Both the position numbers and the translations under genes were made by a program. A stretch of 64,000 bases of DNA from Camelus dromedarius (lineage: Eukaryota): contig NC_087436.1 in the NCBI RefSeq assembly GCF_036321535.1, forward strand, positions 79,424,001-79,488,000. The letters are read 5' to 3'. Every line of letters begins with the position of its first letter. The first letter of the stretch is position 1. Under the pieces are notes generated by a model. It ran no database searches. It had not been told where the DNA came from and saw only the letters and a list, made by a program, of their open reading frames with translations. Below, piece after piece: positions 14,141 through 27,470 of the stretch.

Positions 14141-14946
14141 AGGAATAACCCAAGATGACAGGGACAAAATGGTTCAAAAAATATAGAAGTATTGGTGAAA
14201 AGAATTTTACCTGATTTTATTTTGCCTTATCTATTTTTAGCATATGATAACTCAGGAAAACCAGAGGAATAGGGCAACACTGAAATCTCCACTTCAAGAA
14301 CTATTCTTAAAACTTACAAATAAATTTCCTCCAGTTACCCAATTTGCTAAGCTTTGAATACATTTGAATAGTAGTTTGTAAATTTCCTGGTCAGATTGAG
14401 ATTTTCCCTGCCATGCTTGAAATTTTGCTAAAAAAAAAGTATCTATTTTATTTTTCCAATCTAGGGGCTTACTTTAGTATAATCTATTAATTAAACAAAA
14501 AACCTCATTTTATAACGTGAAATACTTAAGGAACTGTGTAAGATACGCTCATGAACTAAAAATGTCATTGTCCATGTCATTCCCCAAACTCAGAAGATAA
14601 AATGAGAAAATTCATTATAAAATCAGAATAGTCTAAAATTTCTAGAAAGCATAATAATCTCCCTTCAGCTCAAGTTTTGCCCCAGCATTATGATAATACA
14701 ATCTCTACTTCAAAATCCCCATCAGCTCCCACAGTGTGAAATTCTTATAGGAAGGCTCATGGAGCTTGGCTTGTCTCCCGCTGTGACTGATTTCTCCCAG
14801 GTACATTCCAATCTCGTGAAGTATTTTCAAGGCATCATTTCCACAATATATGTCCAACAGGTACAAGATATGTTTCCAAAAAGAGCATTACCAGTCATAC
14901 CCCTTTTTGATGTACCATCAGGAGATACAAGAAAAGACAATAGCAG

Positions 14947-15143
14947 GGAGGAGGGTATAGCTCAAGTGGTAGAGTGCATGCTTAGCATGCATGAGGTTCT
15001 GGGTTCAATCCCCACTACGTCCTCTAAGAATAAATAAATACAAAATAAATCTAAGTATCCCCCCCACAAATAAATAATATAAATAAACTTTAAACAAAAC
15101 AACAACAACAAAAAAACCCTAAAACAAACAAAAGAAAGGAAGA
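14947..15143 (+). mobile_element. tRNA-derived SINE (Vic-1-like) with TSD
   Basis: Full head and tail. Flanking repeat AAGAAAAGACAATAGCAG / AAGAAAAGACACCAGCAG. Confidence 0.9.
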
Positions 15144-15257
15144 AAGAAAAGACACCAGCAGAAGTCCACCTTAGAACACATTAGAAAAGAAGATTTTAGA
15201 TCCTAAATATGTTTCCTAAGCACCAGTGCATTCCCTTACGTGGATATGCTTTCCAGC

Positions 15258-15672
15258 TATGCTAGTTTGCTAGGGCTACCATAACAAAATCCTGCAGAAG
15301 GGGTGGCTCTGACAACAGAAATTTATTTCTGGTTCTGGAAAGTCCAAGATCAAGGTGTCAGCAGGATTGTTTGTTCTGGGGTCTCTCTCTTTGGCTTCCA
15401 GATGGATGCCTTCTTGCTGACTGTTCACATGGTCCTTCCTCTATGCACGAGCATCTCTGGTGTCTTTTCTGTGTCCAAACTTTCTCTTCCTGTAAGGACA
15501 TCAGTCATTTGGATTAAGTTCCTCCTTAATGACCTCATTTTAACTTAATTACCTCTTTGAAGACCCTACTTCCAAATACAGTCACAGTTTGAGGTACTGC
15601 TGATTAGGGCTTCAACATAAGTGTCTGGGAGGTCAAGGGGAGGGAGGGAACACATAATTTAGTCCACACCAG
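15258..15672 (-). mobile_element. MaLR LTR (MLT1/MST-like)
   Basis: TAGTTTGCTAGGGCT.CCATAACAAA, AAGTCCAAGATCAAGGTGTCAGCAGG, GACCTCATTTTAACTTAATTAC and TTAGGGCTTCAACAT. Confidence 0.8.
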
Positions 15673-15789
15673 CAGCCTGAAGCATTTAGAATCCCAGACA
15701 TCTAGTTCACTGGAGGTATGGTTCTGGGGCTCATTCAATGGTGTCCAAAAGCAGCTGACTTTCAGAAGTAGAAAGCTTTCTCCTGAAAA

Positions 15790-16121
15790 ACTTAGTAACC
15801 AGAAACCTCAATTAAGTAGAGTTGGAAGACCAGAAGGGGGAGCTGTTATACCCTGCAACAAGAGCAGAGCCCAACAAGAAGACCTCGCTTCCTTTGCAAG
15901 AACTCAGCAAATGAAAAACCATGAACCTTTGTTTACTATGTACTGTTACTACCCTCCCAACTGCCTTTTCCTCTATAAAGGTGTTCTCCTTGCCTTGCTG
16001 TGTGGGGACTTGTGTGTGGCCCACCTTGGTTGCAGACCCTGAAATGCAATTCTCTACTGACCCCCAATAAACCCGCATTTGCTGGAGAAATACCTGGCAG
16101 TCTATATGTTTCAGGTCAACA
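15790..16121 (+). mobile_element. ERV1-like LTR (family A), + orientation
   Basis: TATAAA near 15974, AATAAA near 16066 and a terminal ...GGTCAACA. A reverse-oriented relative lies at 18717-18945. Confidence 0.65.
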
Positions 16122-16161
16122 CTCCAAACATTACATGTATTAAGAAGGTGGCATTGGGTAT

Positions 16162-16791
16162 TGTCAAAGATAAACAATGCTGGACATTAGTTAAAGAGGT
16201 AAAAACGGATTTTATTAAGTGACTACCACCATAGGAGGAAGAGCTGATCTCCACTTCAATTTGTGCAGAGGTGACTGGGCATTTTCAAGGAAGAATGAGG
16301 GAGTAGGGAAGAGGAGTGAGTTGGAGCTTAAGCAGAGTTAGGGAAGTGAAAAATTACTGGAAAAGGGTAAGAGGGTTGGTCAATGTAAATATGATTAGAC
16401 ATCTGTGCCTGTTAACTGGCATTTCTTGAAATTAGGCTTCTACCCTCCCAAAGACTGGGAGGCAGATACACTATCTTTCCTGAAGATTACATTTCAAAGA
16501 AATAGTTTTCTTTGAGAAAGTCACTTTTGGATTGCAGGAAATACAAATGCATCTAAAGGGACAGAAGGATTTACAAATGTAAGCCATTTTTAGTAAACAC
16601 TCTAAGAAAGGGAGGTCGGGGGCAAACAGCAAATTCTTTTGGCAATCTCAAGCTTTTCAAGACAGGAATTCAAAGGCAGCTCAGTCATCCCACGGACATG
16701 GCCTTGATTTGCTGGAAGCCATGCAGATCAAGTCTCTTAGCGCAACGGTTTGGATGGAGTCTTCTGTGCCAAATTTTTTTTGCAGTTCTCA
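16162..16791 (-). mobile_element. ERV1-like LTR (family B), - orientation
   Basis: TG...CA termini (TGTCAAAG ... GCAGTTCTCA) and TTTATT near the left end. A second partial copy lies at 18960-19289. Confidence 0.6.
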
Positions 16792-17329
16792 CTGTAAACA
16801 TTTTCCTCCCATGAACTTTGGATCAAGATCCATGATCCGACGATGGACTTTACAATCCCTAAATATCATTTGCAAACAAGCAAAGTGACTGCAAATCTTT
16901 CTAAGGATTGGACTTTCCAACCACTGGACTTCGCAACTATTGGATTAACTGACCCTGGAACCCTCTAGAATATTATCAACCTCAACACATGTGCATGCCT
17001 TAAGTGTGCTCTAGGCCTTTAGTAATTAACTGCTATTACTGTCATCTCCCAGAACCTTCAAGAAACTCAAGAGGCATCAGGGATAGAAAGAGACAGGGGA
17101 CCAGCAATAGAAGCTATTATCTAATTATTTTCTCACAAAGTCATATTGAAACCATTATGCGATTTATTTAACACTGTTCAGGACATTTGTCCTCAGACCA
17201 ACTAAATTCAGACAGCAACTGATCCCTTAAACTGTACATTTATGTCTCCTCAATGAGAATCTCTGGGATGTTTCTTTCATTACCTCATTGAAATGCAACT
17301 TGTGATTTGGACATGATTTTGGTGAACAA

Positions 17330-17582
17330 GACTTACTGTTTCAGCTGCCAAGCAAGTCACTCTGCCCAAGGACCTGCTCTTTCTAGGGTGGCCAACATCT
17401 AAGTGATCCTGCAGGGGTCTAAAGGTGTGGCCATTGAGGGACAACTCTTGTGGGTCATAAAGGCCCCAGAGGTCCCTGTGGATTTGGTTTGGCTGAGGCT
17501 TTGCCGGGCCTGCGTGACTGTTTGATTTCACCTTCTGCCTAATCCTGTTCCCCTATGCTACCCCCAGCCTCCCAGGTGTTGG
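17330..17582 (+). mobile_element. LTR16-like ERVL LTR fragment
   Basis: GGGACAACTCT...GGCTGAGGC...TCTGCC.AATCCTG...CAGGTGTTG motifs recalled from the LTR16 family. Confidence 0.55.
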
Positions 17583-17848
17583 TGTTACTGAACCAAACTT
17601 GAGTTTGCTCACCTGAAGCAAAGTCAATCAACTGACACTGGGTTGTGGTGAAGGAAAACACAGCGTTTTCTGCAGGGCGCCAAGCAAGGACAACAGGCAG
17701 CTAGTGCTCAAAAGATCCAAACTCCTCAATGGCTTTTAGGGAAGGGTTTTCAAGGGAGCATTACAGGGAGGGTCACAGGGCACCTGATCAACTTGTAGAA
17801 CTCTTCTGATTGGTTGGTGGTGAGGTAACAGAGTGATGTTTTGGGAAT
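17583..17848 (-). mobile_element. ERV1-like LTR fragment, interrupted by a SINE remnant (17849-17886)
   Basis: Starts TGTTACTGAACC. Contains the CTGATTGGTTGGTGGTGAGGTAA motif shared with the LTR at 29498. Confidence 0.6.
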
Positions 17849-18716
17849 CTTTTTTTTTTTAATGGAGGTACTGGGGATTGAACCAGGTCAGTTGGACTTT
17901 CCAAATATTCAAAACAAACCCACCAATTGATTGTATTTTATTCGGGTGATAAATTACCAGGAGAGGTCTGAGATACCACGTGTCACTGGTTTGTGCAAGG
18001 ATTTTTGACCTGACTACAAGTTTTTGAACAAAAATCTCTGATAGATTATCTGACTATGACCCAGATTGGCTAGTCCTAGGCTGACCAAGGAATTGGATAT
18101 AAATATAGGTTCAAAATATTTCTTATGATATTTGTGATTGTCATTGCTGTTTGGCCTTTCTCCATCGTCTGTTACACAAGTGCTTAATGTTACTATAAAG
18201 TCATTATCCCAAGACAACTCCACCTAAAAATACTGTGTCAAAAAGCAGCCCTGATGGACAGCTTGGTTCCTTTAGGGGCTGACATTGACCAAAAGGGTGG
18301 AACTGAGAATTGCTGATGAGGAAAAGGGTGCGATCCTAGTTTAACTAGAATAGAGGTTCCCATGCATAACTGTAAGCTTATACCTTTTAACAAACATCTC
18401 CCCACTGTCTCCACTTACCATCCCCTGTCAATCACCATTCTACCATGTGCTTCTATGAGTTTGACTATCTATATCATGCAATGTTTGTATTCCTGTGTCT
18501 CACTTATTTTACTTATCATGATGAAAGGCTGAATAATATTCCATTTTATATGTGTGTGTATGTGTGTTGTATCTCATATTTTCTTTACCCATTCACTTTT
18601 GATGGAGACTTGAGTTTTTTCCATATCTTGACTGTTGTGAATAATTCTGCAATGAACTATAAATACTAATTTGAAGCAGAGTCAAAACTATGACTTTGGG
18701 GTCCTGACTCCCAGTT

Positions 18717-19289
18717 GTTGACCTAAAACAAATAGAGTGCCAGATATTTCTCCAGCAAAGGTGAGTTTATTTGGGACCAGCAGAGAATTGTAGTTTGGGA
18801 TCTGCCACCATGGTAGATCATGTGTAAGTCCCCAGAAGGCAAGAGAAGAAGATTGCTTTTATGGAGGAAAAAGGAAGTAAGGAGGGCTATATTAAACAAA
18901 GGGTCCATAGCTTTTCATTGAGTCCTTGCCAGAATAGAAGAGGAAGCTTTCTATTATTTTTCCTGATGATTACATTTCAAAGGCATGGCTTAAAGAGAAA
19001 GGCACTCCGGAGTTGTAGGAAACACAAAAACATCTCAAAGGGACAGAGGAAGGATTCATAGTTGTAAGTCCTTTTTAGTAAGTGCGCTAAGAAAAGGAGG
19101 TCTATCATCAGGTGTTGCTAGAACAAGCAGTAAGTCTTTTAACAGCCTTGCAATTTATAGACAGTAACTCAGTTGGGGGCTGGATTGCCTCAGGACTTAG
19201 GCTGCTAGGAGTTGTGTTAAAGTTTGGTCAAGTTTCCTACTGCAAGAGTTTGAATGGAGTGTTCAGGCCAAGAGTTTTTGTAGTTCTCA
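18717..19289 (-). mobile_element. Composite LTR remnants (family A 18717-18945, family B 18960-19289)
   Basis: The left part is the reverse complement of 15890-16121. The right part aligns directly with 16475-16791 and ends GTAGTTCTCA. Confidence 0.65.
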
Positions 19290-19899
19290 AAGGTTTTAGT
19301 CAACCAAGTCCTTTTTTCCTAGAGATACATTCATAAATTGAAATTTCATTCCTGGAAGGAAACCCATTTCATACTATAAATAGATCAAAATTGATGACAA
19401 ATTGAAGTAGGAAGAAAACAAATGTAAATCTTTGCTTACATAAATGCGAATTAACTAAATATAATATATAATTCATAACATAGAAAATGTTTTGAAGCGT
19501 GTACATGTGAGGCATTCTGCTAAGAGGTCCCCACATCAGTGGTTCTCCAACCACAATCTTAGGAATCACCTAAGATTTAAATTTATTTCATTTAGATTTT
19601 GTTCATTATTTTAAAATAATGAAGACGATCAATGGATGTAAATTTGACCCGGTAGGTATGCCTGGTCAATTGATCTCCTTACCATTTCTCTCCCCCAAAA
19701 CCCCTAGCAACCCTTGAGCACCTTTTAGATACTGCTTTCCAGGTCTTAGGACAGAGCTTAATGAATTGGAATCACCAGGCACTGGCATTTTTGAAAAGGT
19801 GGTTCTGATCATCTTCAGGTTTGTAAACCACTGTTTTACAGGAGATTATAAAATAGGTGCTTTTATTATCCAAATTTTGGAGATGAGGAAACTGAAGTT

Positions 19900-20236
19900 A
19901 CCTTGAAGTGTGGGCCCCTACTCCAGGATGACTTGTGTTCTTATAAAAAGAATATCATACGAAGAGACAGATATGTACACGAAGAGAATGCCCTGTGAAC
20001 ATGGCGGCAGGGATGGGGTGATGCAAATACAAACGGAAGAACATCAAATTGCAGGCAGACCACCAGAAGCTAGGAAAGAGGCACTGAACAGACTCTCCCT
20101 CCTGGCTCTCAGAAGAAACCAACCCTGCCCAGTTGAGTTTGGACTTTAGCCTCCAGAACTGTGAGACAATGAGTTTCTGTTGTTTAAGCCCACTGGTTTG
20201 AGGTCGTTGATTAAGGCAGTCCTAGAAAATTAACAC
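19900..20236 (+). mobile_element. MLT1 MaLR LTR
   Basis: CCACCAGAAGCTAGGAA.GAGGCA, GGACTT.TAGCCTCCAGAACTGTGAGACAAT and GTTTAAGCC. Confidence 0.8.
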
Positions 20237-20387
20237 ATTTCCTAAAGCAGCAGATGACTCTGCTGTTTAAAAGCCTCACTGTGTGGTCCATCTAATCTTC
20301 CACTGCACTGAACCACAATCTTTTCTCCTCTCTCCGGCAAGATCATGCGCTTTCTCCACAGAATTTTATTTTCTTATATCCCTGCTT

Positions 20388-20725
20388 TGTTTAGTCTGTT
20401 CAGGCTCCTGTAACAAAAATACCACAAACTGGATGGCTTATTAACAATAAACATTTATTTCTTACACTTCTGGAGGCTGGGAAGTCCAAGATCATGACGC
20501 CAGCAGGTCTGGTGTCTGACGAGAACCTCCTCTCACTGTGACGTCACATGGCCTAAGACATGAGATGGCTTTTGGTGGTCTCTTTCGTAAAGGAGCTTAT
20601 CTCAATTTTGAGGGCTTTATTCTCATGACTTAATCAGCTCCCAAAGGCCCCACCTCTTAATACCACATCCTGGGGGGTTAGGACTAGAAATATGAGTTTG
20701 AGGGCGTGCACACAAACATTCAGAC
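20388..20725 (-). mobile_element. MLT1A/MST-like MaLR LTR
   Basis: TTAGTCTGTTCAGGCT..TGTAACAAAATACCA.AAACTGG.TGGCTTA and TCTGGAGGCTGGGAAGTCCAAGATCA. Confidence 0.8.
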
Positions 20726-21309
20726 CTTTTCATGCCTTCTCTCTTTTCTGCAAATCTACCCTCCACCTGTGGGAGTTCTAGTTTGTCCTTGAGTCTTTCT
20801 CCACTGTAAAAAGTTGTTTTTGCTCCCATAGATTTTTTTCCCCCTCAGTATCAACCATTTTGCTAAAATGTGAGCTTTATGTAAATAGAGATTATTTATC
20901 TGTCCCTCCCACCCTTACTTTATTTTCAGTCCCTGGGATAGTGCCTAGATCAAAGTCGACACTAAATAAATATTTGTGGAGTGAATAAATTTTGGTTCTT
21001 AATTAATGACTGCTGAGCTAGTTAGGTGTTTCTTGGATTTTTTTCTTTCCTCAGTAAGATTCTAAGTTCTTGGAGGGCAGGAGTGTTGCCTTATGCTTTC
21101 CTTGTATTCATGAATTCACTACTATAAATATCTGCTTTAAGTCAGGTACCATGCTAGCTACTGAAGGTACATGGAAAAATAAAATAGTGTCTGCCTGATG
21201 GAATTTATAATCTAGTTAGAGACAGAAACATTAGAGACATAATCTCATATGATGACAGAATTACAATTCTGATAAACACTTGTAGGAAAAATACAAAAAT
21301 CTAGAAGTA

Positions 21310-21447
21310 GAGGAGGGTGCAGCTCAAGTGGTAGAGTGTGTGCTTAGCATGCATGAGGTCCTGGGTTCAATCCCCAGTGCCTCCTCTAAAACTAAACAAA
21401 CTGAATTACCTTCCCTACTGAAAAAATAAATAATATCTTTAAAAAAG
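21310..21447 (+). mobile_element. tRNA-derived SINE (Vic-1-like)
   Basis: Head, B-box and tail present. Degenerate TSD around CTAGAAG. Confidence 0.85.
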
Positions 21448-21921
21448 CTAGAAGCAAGGATAACTAAGGTATCTGCCCCACCTAGTGCTGGGATCAGGGA
21501 AAGTCTTCTCAAAAGCCTAGATGCTGGGGAGGAAAAGGGGCCGGGAAAGAACCAGTGCCCAGCCAAAGGAACACCAGGGGTGGAAGCCCAGACCTAAAGC
21601 TGTGGAAAGGGTTACCTGAGCTGAGAGAGAAAATTAATATATATTTTAGAATCTTTGTTTGAGTCAACTGTGAACTGTTTCTTTGTTCTGGGAAATCACC
21701 TAAATGCACCCTTTGATTATACAAATGTAAAGCAAGTACTTACCCTTTGTTTCTAGGAGAAAACTGAAAGAAAAACAAGACTGTAGATGTTTTGTTGATT
21801 TTTAAATTTTTTATTCTTTTGTAGATGTTTTAGATGGAAGTCTTAATTAATGCTCGGACTGTAGATAGGTGAATCATTATTGCACACTGAGACTCATTTG
21901 CTTCTGTGGTGAGAAATATTT

Positions 21922-22055
21922 CTTTTTTTTTTAACTTTTTTTTTAATTGAGTTATAGTCATTCTACAATGTTGTGTCAAATTCCAGTGTAGAGCACAATT
22001 TTTCAGTTGTACATGAACATACATGCATTCATTGTCATATTCTCTTTCTCTGTGA
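21922..22055 (-). mobile_element. Young lineage-specific L1 3' end
   Basis: T-tract followed by ATTGAGTTATAGTCATT.TACAATGTTGTGTCAAATTCCAGTGTAGAGCACAATTTTTCAG, the near-identical reverse complement of 45085-45215. Confidence 0.8.
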
Positions 22056-25000
22056 TTTTACTTATACCCAGAGTTCATGTTTATAGCAAAGGGGGCTTAC
22101 CCTTGGGGAGGTGGGTGTGAGTGTATTCAGGAATTGCTTGCAGGAGATACAGAGCTTTTGCCCCAGGGCCGAGGAGCAGGAGTCTTCACCTTGTGCCAGA
22201 AGAGACAGTGATGAGGAACTGGACTGGGCTTGCACAGCCCAGCCCATGCTGGAATGTTGACATCTTGCACATGACCGGGAGACTGCGTAACCCCAAATAC
22301 GCTGATGCTTGCTTTCAAAATGACCGCTCCAATAGCAGAGTGGAAAATGGATCGGAAGGGGCAAAAGTGGATTCATTCTAGGTTACTCTCTATTTATGGA
22401 CTTTCTTAGTTAATTTCTTCACATGCACCAGACCTTTTTATTCTTCTCTAAACTTCTGAGATTTAGCACAATATCTGGCATACACATAGTATGCCTTCCA
22501 TATTTGCTTATTGAATGAATGGACATTTCCATTAGGAGATTATTTAAAAAGTCATTATACAGAGTATGGAGTAAGACATCCCAGGATCACCAGAACTTGG
22601 AAATAAGTACATCCTCTGAGAATCAAAATAATGTATCTGACCATTTCTTTGCTCATCATTTCTTTTCTTGGTGACTTATTCTCAATTTTTTCCAAAAATG
22701 ATTTAAGAAGATGAATGAAATTATGCATAATGAGTTATTTGAAGCAGAAAAAACTCCATTAGAAAAAAAAAAAAACTGGTAATTGTGTCACCAAAGAGAT
22801 GTAAGGACTAGAGTAAATTTCCTAGAAGAATGACCAGAATATGACTAACGTGAAAGGAACCTGTGACCTCACTGAAAAGCCTGCTTAAAGAAGGAAGGTC
22901 AGGAGTCCAGGTGGAATCAGGAAAAAGAAAGAAATCAGAGGGGCTGACTCGGGTGTCATCATGTAGCTTGACCAGGGGAGGGACCAGATGTTGGTCACTC
23001 ATCTTTCAGCCACATAGCCATGGGCTCCAGATTTCTCTTGGCCCAGGATGAAAAAACTTTCTACACGATACTGCTTTCTTATTCTCATTTCTTTTGATTA
23101 TGACTTTGGCCTTCCATCTTTTTGACACAGTGAAGGAAGAGGCACTATATTTTGAAAATATTCTGGCTACTAGAAAAATACATATAGTACCATACATGGC
23201 ACTTGCATTCTGATTCACATCTCAGTCTCCTGTGAATCCGATTATTATGAACTGGCCACAAAAGCCTGAACAAATCAGGTTTTTAAATTTTAAATCCAAG
23301 GGCCATTTTAGCTATCTCAAATGGAGATGATCATACTAAGTTAGTGGTGAGTCCCCATTTTTGATAATCTTGTCTCATCCTCTCTAACCCATTGGAATCC
23401 TAGGGGAGGAACCTGAGTCCTCATGGTAGGTCATTCCTAGGCAGTCTTGCAGAATCTCTGCTGCGGAGTCCTTGGCATGGCTTTGGCTTTAGGAGGGCTG
23501 GGGAGACTGGGTCATGACATTTCCCAGGTAGGAGTCGTGAAGAACATGCCCCTTAAGACGTACTTTTGTAAAGGCAGGTCAAATAGGAGAATCTAAGAGG
23601 CTGAAGCTTCCATCAACAGTAAGCAAGCCGATGTTTTCTTTAATTTGTTCAACATACATGTGTAGGTAGCCATTTGCTTTTTAACATCTTTAGTGACAGA
23701 CACATAGGCTGGGCTTCTCTTGGTTCCAAAGAATACTTCCTCTGGCTTTAAGTTTGTCAAATTCAGAACCATATCACCGTTTCCTGGGATGCTCAAACCA
23801 GAGAAATCTCAGGTCTCTAAAATGTTTGTATAAATTAATTTAATAAATATTGAATAAAAGAGTGGATGGCCATTACTTACTCATAGAGGACTTAGGATCC
23901 CCGAAAATATGTCTGCGTCCCCCAGGGGGTTCCAGGGATCCATTTTGAGAAGCACTGGGGAGATGATGGTCTTTACCTGACGTTTACTCATGGACAAGGT
24001 TGCATTACCTGTTTTCCTTTGCATTTATGTTGAGGTTCTGCCCAAAATGTTGTTAATCTTCTAATGAGAACAGTACTTGATGGATTTAAGTTTAAGTAAA
24101 ACAAAAAAGTTTTTGTTTGTTAAAATAACAATAAGAATCGTGGAAATAATTGAAGCATAAAAATCAACCAGGCAGTGCTTGGCCCCACTATCTATTTTAA
24201 GCTTTGCTCACTAAACTCTGGTTTGATAAAGGGGGTGTTTTTCTTCAGGACTCCAGGGAGGAGATAGCAAGAGGGAACAAATAAAGAGTAATGGGTGAAG
24301 CGTTGTAAATAGTGGGACTGTGTTGTAACAGTCATCATGAGAGTTGAAGAGATTTTATTTTCAACAGAGGCCAGAGTGCATTGAAGCTATTAATTAGCCA
24401 GGAGGTTGTTTTCTTTTTTAATTGTTGTTGTCAGCTAGTTGCTCTCTGCTCAAAGTACAGACGTGAACTTTAGCACTATATATTACAGGGTGGTGACCGC
24501 AATCCATTAATTAAAGAAAACTTCCATGATTTGAAAAAAGGTTTTAACTTATAAACTTGTAGAATGAAAGACTCCAAGACCAATTCTGGGAGAAAACTGA
24601 CTGTTGTCTTTAACTAGGAATCTACTTATTTTTATTCTGCCTTAGTGAAGGGAAGGTATGCCCTTGAATAATACTTAAAATACCAGTTTCCAATTATTAC
24701 CAAATATATAATTCAGAGCTACATTTGGTCTTTAAAAATTTTTATTTTTAAAAGTTTTTAGATTTTTCCTGAAATGTAAATACTTTAAGGACAATAGACA
24801 GAAAATCAATCTCCATGACAAGTTTTTCAATCATGAATGAATTTCGGTGTGGGATTGATTGTATCATTAGAGAACTATAAATCATGAAATCATTCCTGTA
24901 ATTGCCAAACCACCAAGACCTATGTACACGCATATGTGCTTGTGCGTGTGCCTGTAGATATGGTGCAGAGAGATGAGGACTTTATCCACCCTCAGGTAAG

Positions 25001-26035
25001 GTCAGAAGGCGAGATATAGTATCAGCATCTGAGCAAAATGTTGCTACTATACAGAAACTTTGGATACAAAGTCAACTAAAAAATCCATTAAAGGTTTTAG
25101 TAGTTATTATAATAATGCAATGATTCTTCCAAAATGGGAGCGATATTTTGGGAAGATTGGTAAGTTATGGGTATTATTGGGGATAAAAGTGGCTACAACT
25201 ACCTGAGGAAGTAGACCCTCCCTAAGTGAGTGATTTCTTACAGGAAACTTCTGCCAATATTCTTATTATCCTCCAATTTTATTTTTCTTTGTTATCATCT
25301 CTCTCTCCTTCCCCAGAGGTGCCAAACTCTATGGTGCAGTCTTCTGTCTTAATATTTTCTGGGCACACAGGGAACTTGGCCAACAAACATCTCTAAACTT
25401 TCTTTAAAAAATTAAATTAAAAAAGGAAGAAAGAAAGAGAAAAGGAAAAAAAATCTTATTCTTCATAAGAGCCAGCTCTTAGGAATACTGAAAAATGTAA
25501 AGCTTTGGTGGTGATGGAGTAACAGAATTCCCAGTGGAAGAAATTCTGACTAACCAGGACAAACTGAAATTTATTTATATTCAAATTCAAATACCTACTG
25601 AAAGAGGCTGGGCAGGTAATGAAAATGAGGAAATAGGCTGTGGTTGAGAAAAATTTTGATAAATACTTAAGTATCAAGTACATGTCATTTTCCCCTTAAC
25701 TCTTTTCTACTGTAATAAATACATCAATGCCATGGTGGTGACAAAAGACCATGAGGGGAATGGAGACAGAGTATACAGGGGAGGTTGTGTCCTGCAGGAA
25801 TGGGAGCTCAGGGATGCCTGATTATAACAGGATCCAGAAATTTTAATTTTAGTGTGAATATTTTAATATATGAGTAATCAATTCAAATTTTCTAAAAAAC
25901 ATTGTACTGATCTTTGTAAAGGCCTAGGGGCTCCTGGAGGTCCCTGAAACCCTTTCAGGGGGTGCATGAAGTCACAGCTATTTTAATAGTAATACTAAGA
26001 GGTTATTTTCCTTTTTTACCCTTATTTTCTCACAT

Positions 26036-27470
26036 GTGTGGCTGATGGTCTTTTTGATGTGTACACCTGGCTATGCTACTCAATTACTCAAACACTAATG
26101 TAGGTGTCCCTGTGACATTATCTTGTAGATGTGATTAAAGTATATAGTTGACTTTAAGTAGGGGAGATTATCCTAGATAACCAGAGTGGGCTTGAGTCAA
26201 TCAGTCCAAAATCCTGAAAAGCAGAACTGAGGCTTCTCTGCAGAAGAAGACATTCTACCTGTGGACTGCAGCTTCTTGTGCCTGAGAATTTCAGCCTGCC
26301 CTTCCTGGAAGCCTGTCTTACAGATTTCAGACTTGCCTAGCCAGCCCCCAGAATTGTGTATTTCCTTGCAGTAAATCTCTTAATATATATCTCCCAGTAT
26401 TCTGCTTCTCTGGTTTAACCCCGACAGGGATTTTGCTAGCAGAAGTGGTTAAGAAGAACAGAATTCTAAGGATTAGTTTTCTGGAGTTGATTTTCTAATC
26501 TAGTTAGATTTAAAGGCATTAATGCTTCTATTTTCAGTGCTAAAGAGGGCACTAGTAGTCCTTTTCATAATACATAAGAGGTAAACAAAATATGGCCATT
26601 GGATACTTCTAATCAATAGCAATAGAAGACAAAGTTTTGAGTGACTATGTATTTGATACCCTAGGCATTTTTTAAAAATTGAAGCATAGTCATTTTACAG
26701 TGTGTTAATTTCTGATGTAAAGCATAATTGCATAATCATACTAGGACATTTTACTTAAGCTAAGGGATATCATGAAGTTGGCTAGTTGCTCCTAACTGCC
26801 CTCCAGCAGTAGAGAAAAGAAAAAGGTTAGGTCAGGGCTTCAAATTCTCAGGGTGAGCTCTATAGCAATGGTCTGAAAACTTCTATATCCTTCCAGAAGG
26901 AAAAATCTCATCTCCTGTCACCATGGGCCAAGATTTCTGAACCCCATCCTGTGAGTGGCTGAATTACAACACAAAAGTGAGGGCACTGATTGGCAAGGAA
27001 CAGGATCCTGAAGATTGGCATGGGGACACAGAGGGCCAGATCTTGATGAAGCTGGGGACAATGAACCCCTAAATTCTGCTGAGTCATCTTTGCCAGGAGA
27101 AGCAGCTTTCAACCTCTGTCCAAAGAACCTGTCATGGCCTCCCTTGAAGTATGTGCTCCACAAAACACTGCTGATCCTTCTCAGAACCTGCCTCTATCAT
27201 GCTTTGCTTCCACAACTGGAGCTAAACTCAACTCCCGACAGGACGCAAAAGGTGAAGTACAAATTGTGAGGCACCTCCAGGAGAAGGTGCACTGTGGTCC
27301 AAGAGAACCGCATGAGTTTTCCAATTTATACCAGCAGAAACCTAGGGAATATGTGTGGGAACCAATATCAAAGGTTATTTTCCTTTTTTACCCTTAAGTG
27401 AGAGCATGGTGAAGGAATATAAAGTCAGGTTGGGTAAAATTTATTGAGAGGGGCCCACAAAGCAGAAAGT
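26036..27470 (+). mobile_element. MLT2-type LTR followed by ERV-L internal gag fragment
   Basis: LTR ~26036-26426 with MLT2 motifs, then GATTTTG.TA.CAGAAGTGGTT (PBS-like). Translation PREPHEFSNLYQQKPREYVWEPISKV (27134-27397) resembles ERV-L Gag. Confidence 0.75.

Noticed and set aside
14947..15030. tRNA-like sequences with A and B boxes at many positions
   Set aside because: They have A-rich tails, TSDs and a shared non-tRNA body, so they are SINE copies and not tRNA genes.
23593..23796. 67-aa ORF with plausible composition
   Set aside because: Non-ATG start, no recognised homology and no supporting splice or poly-A structure.
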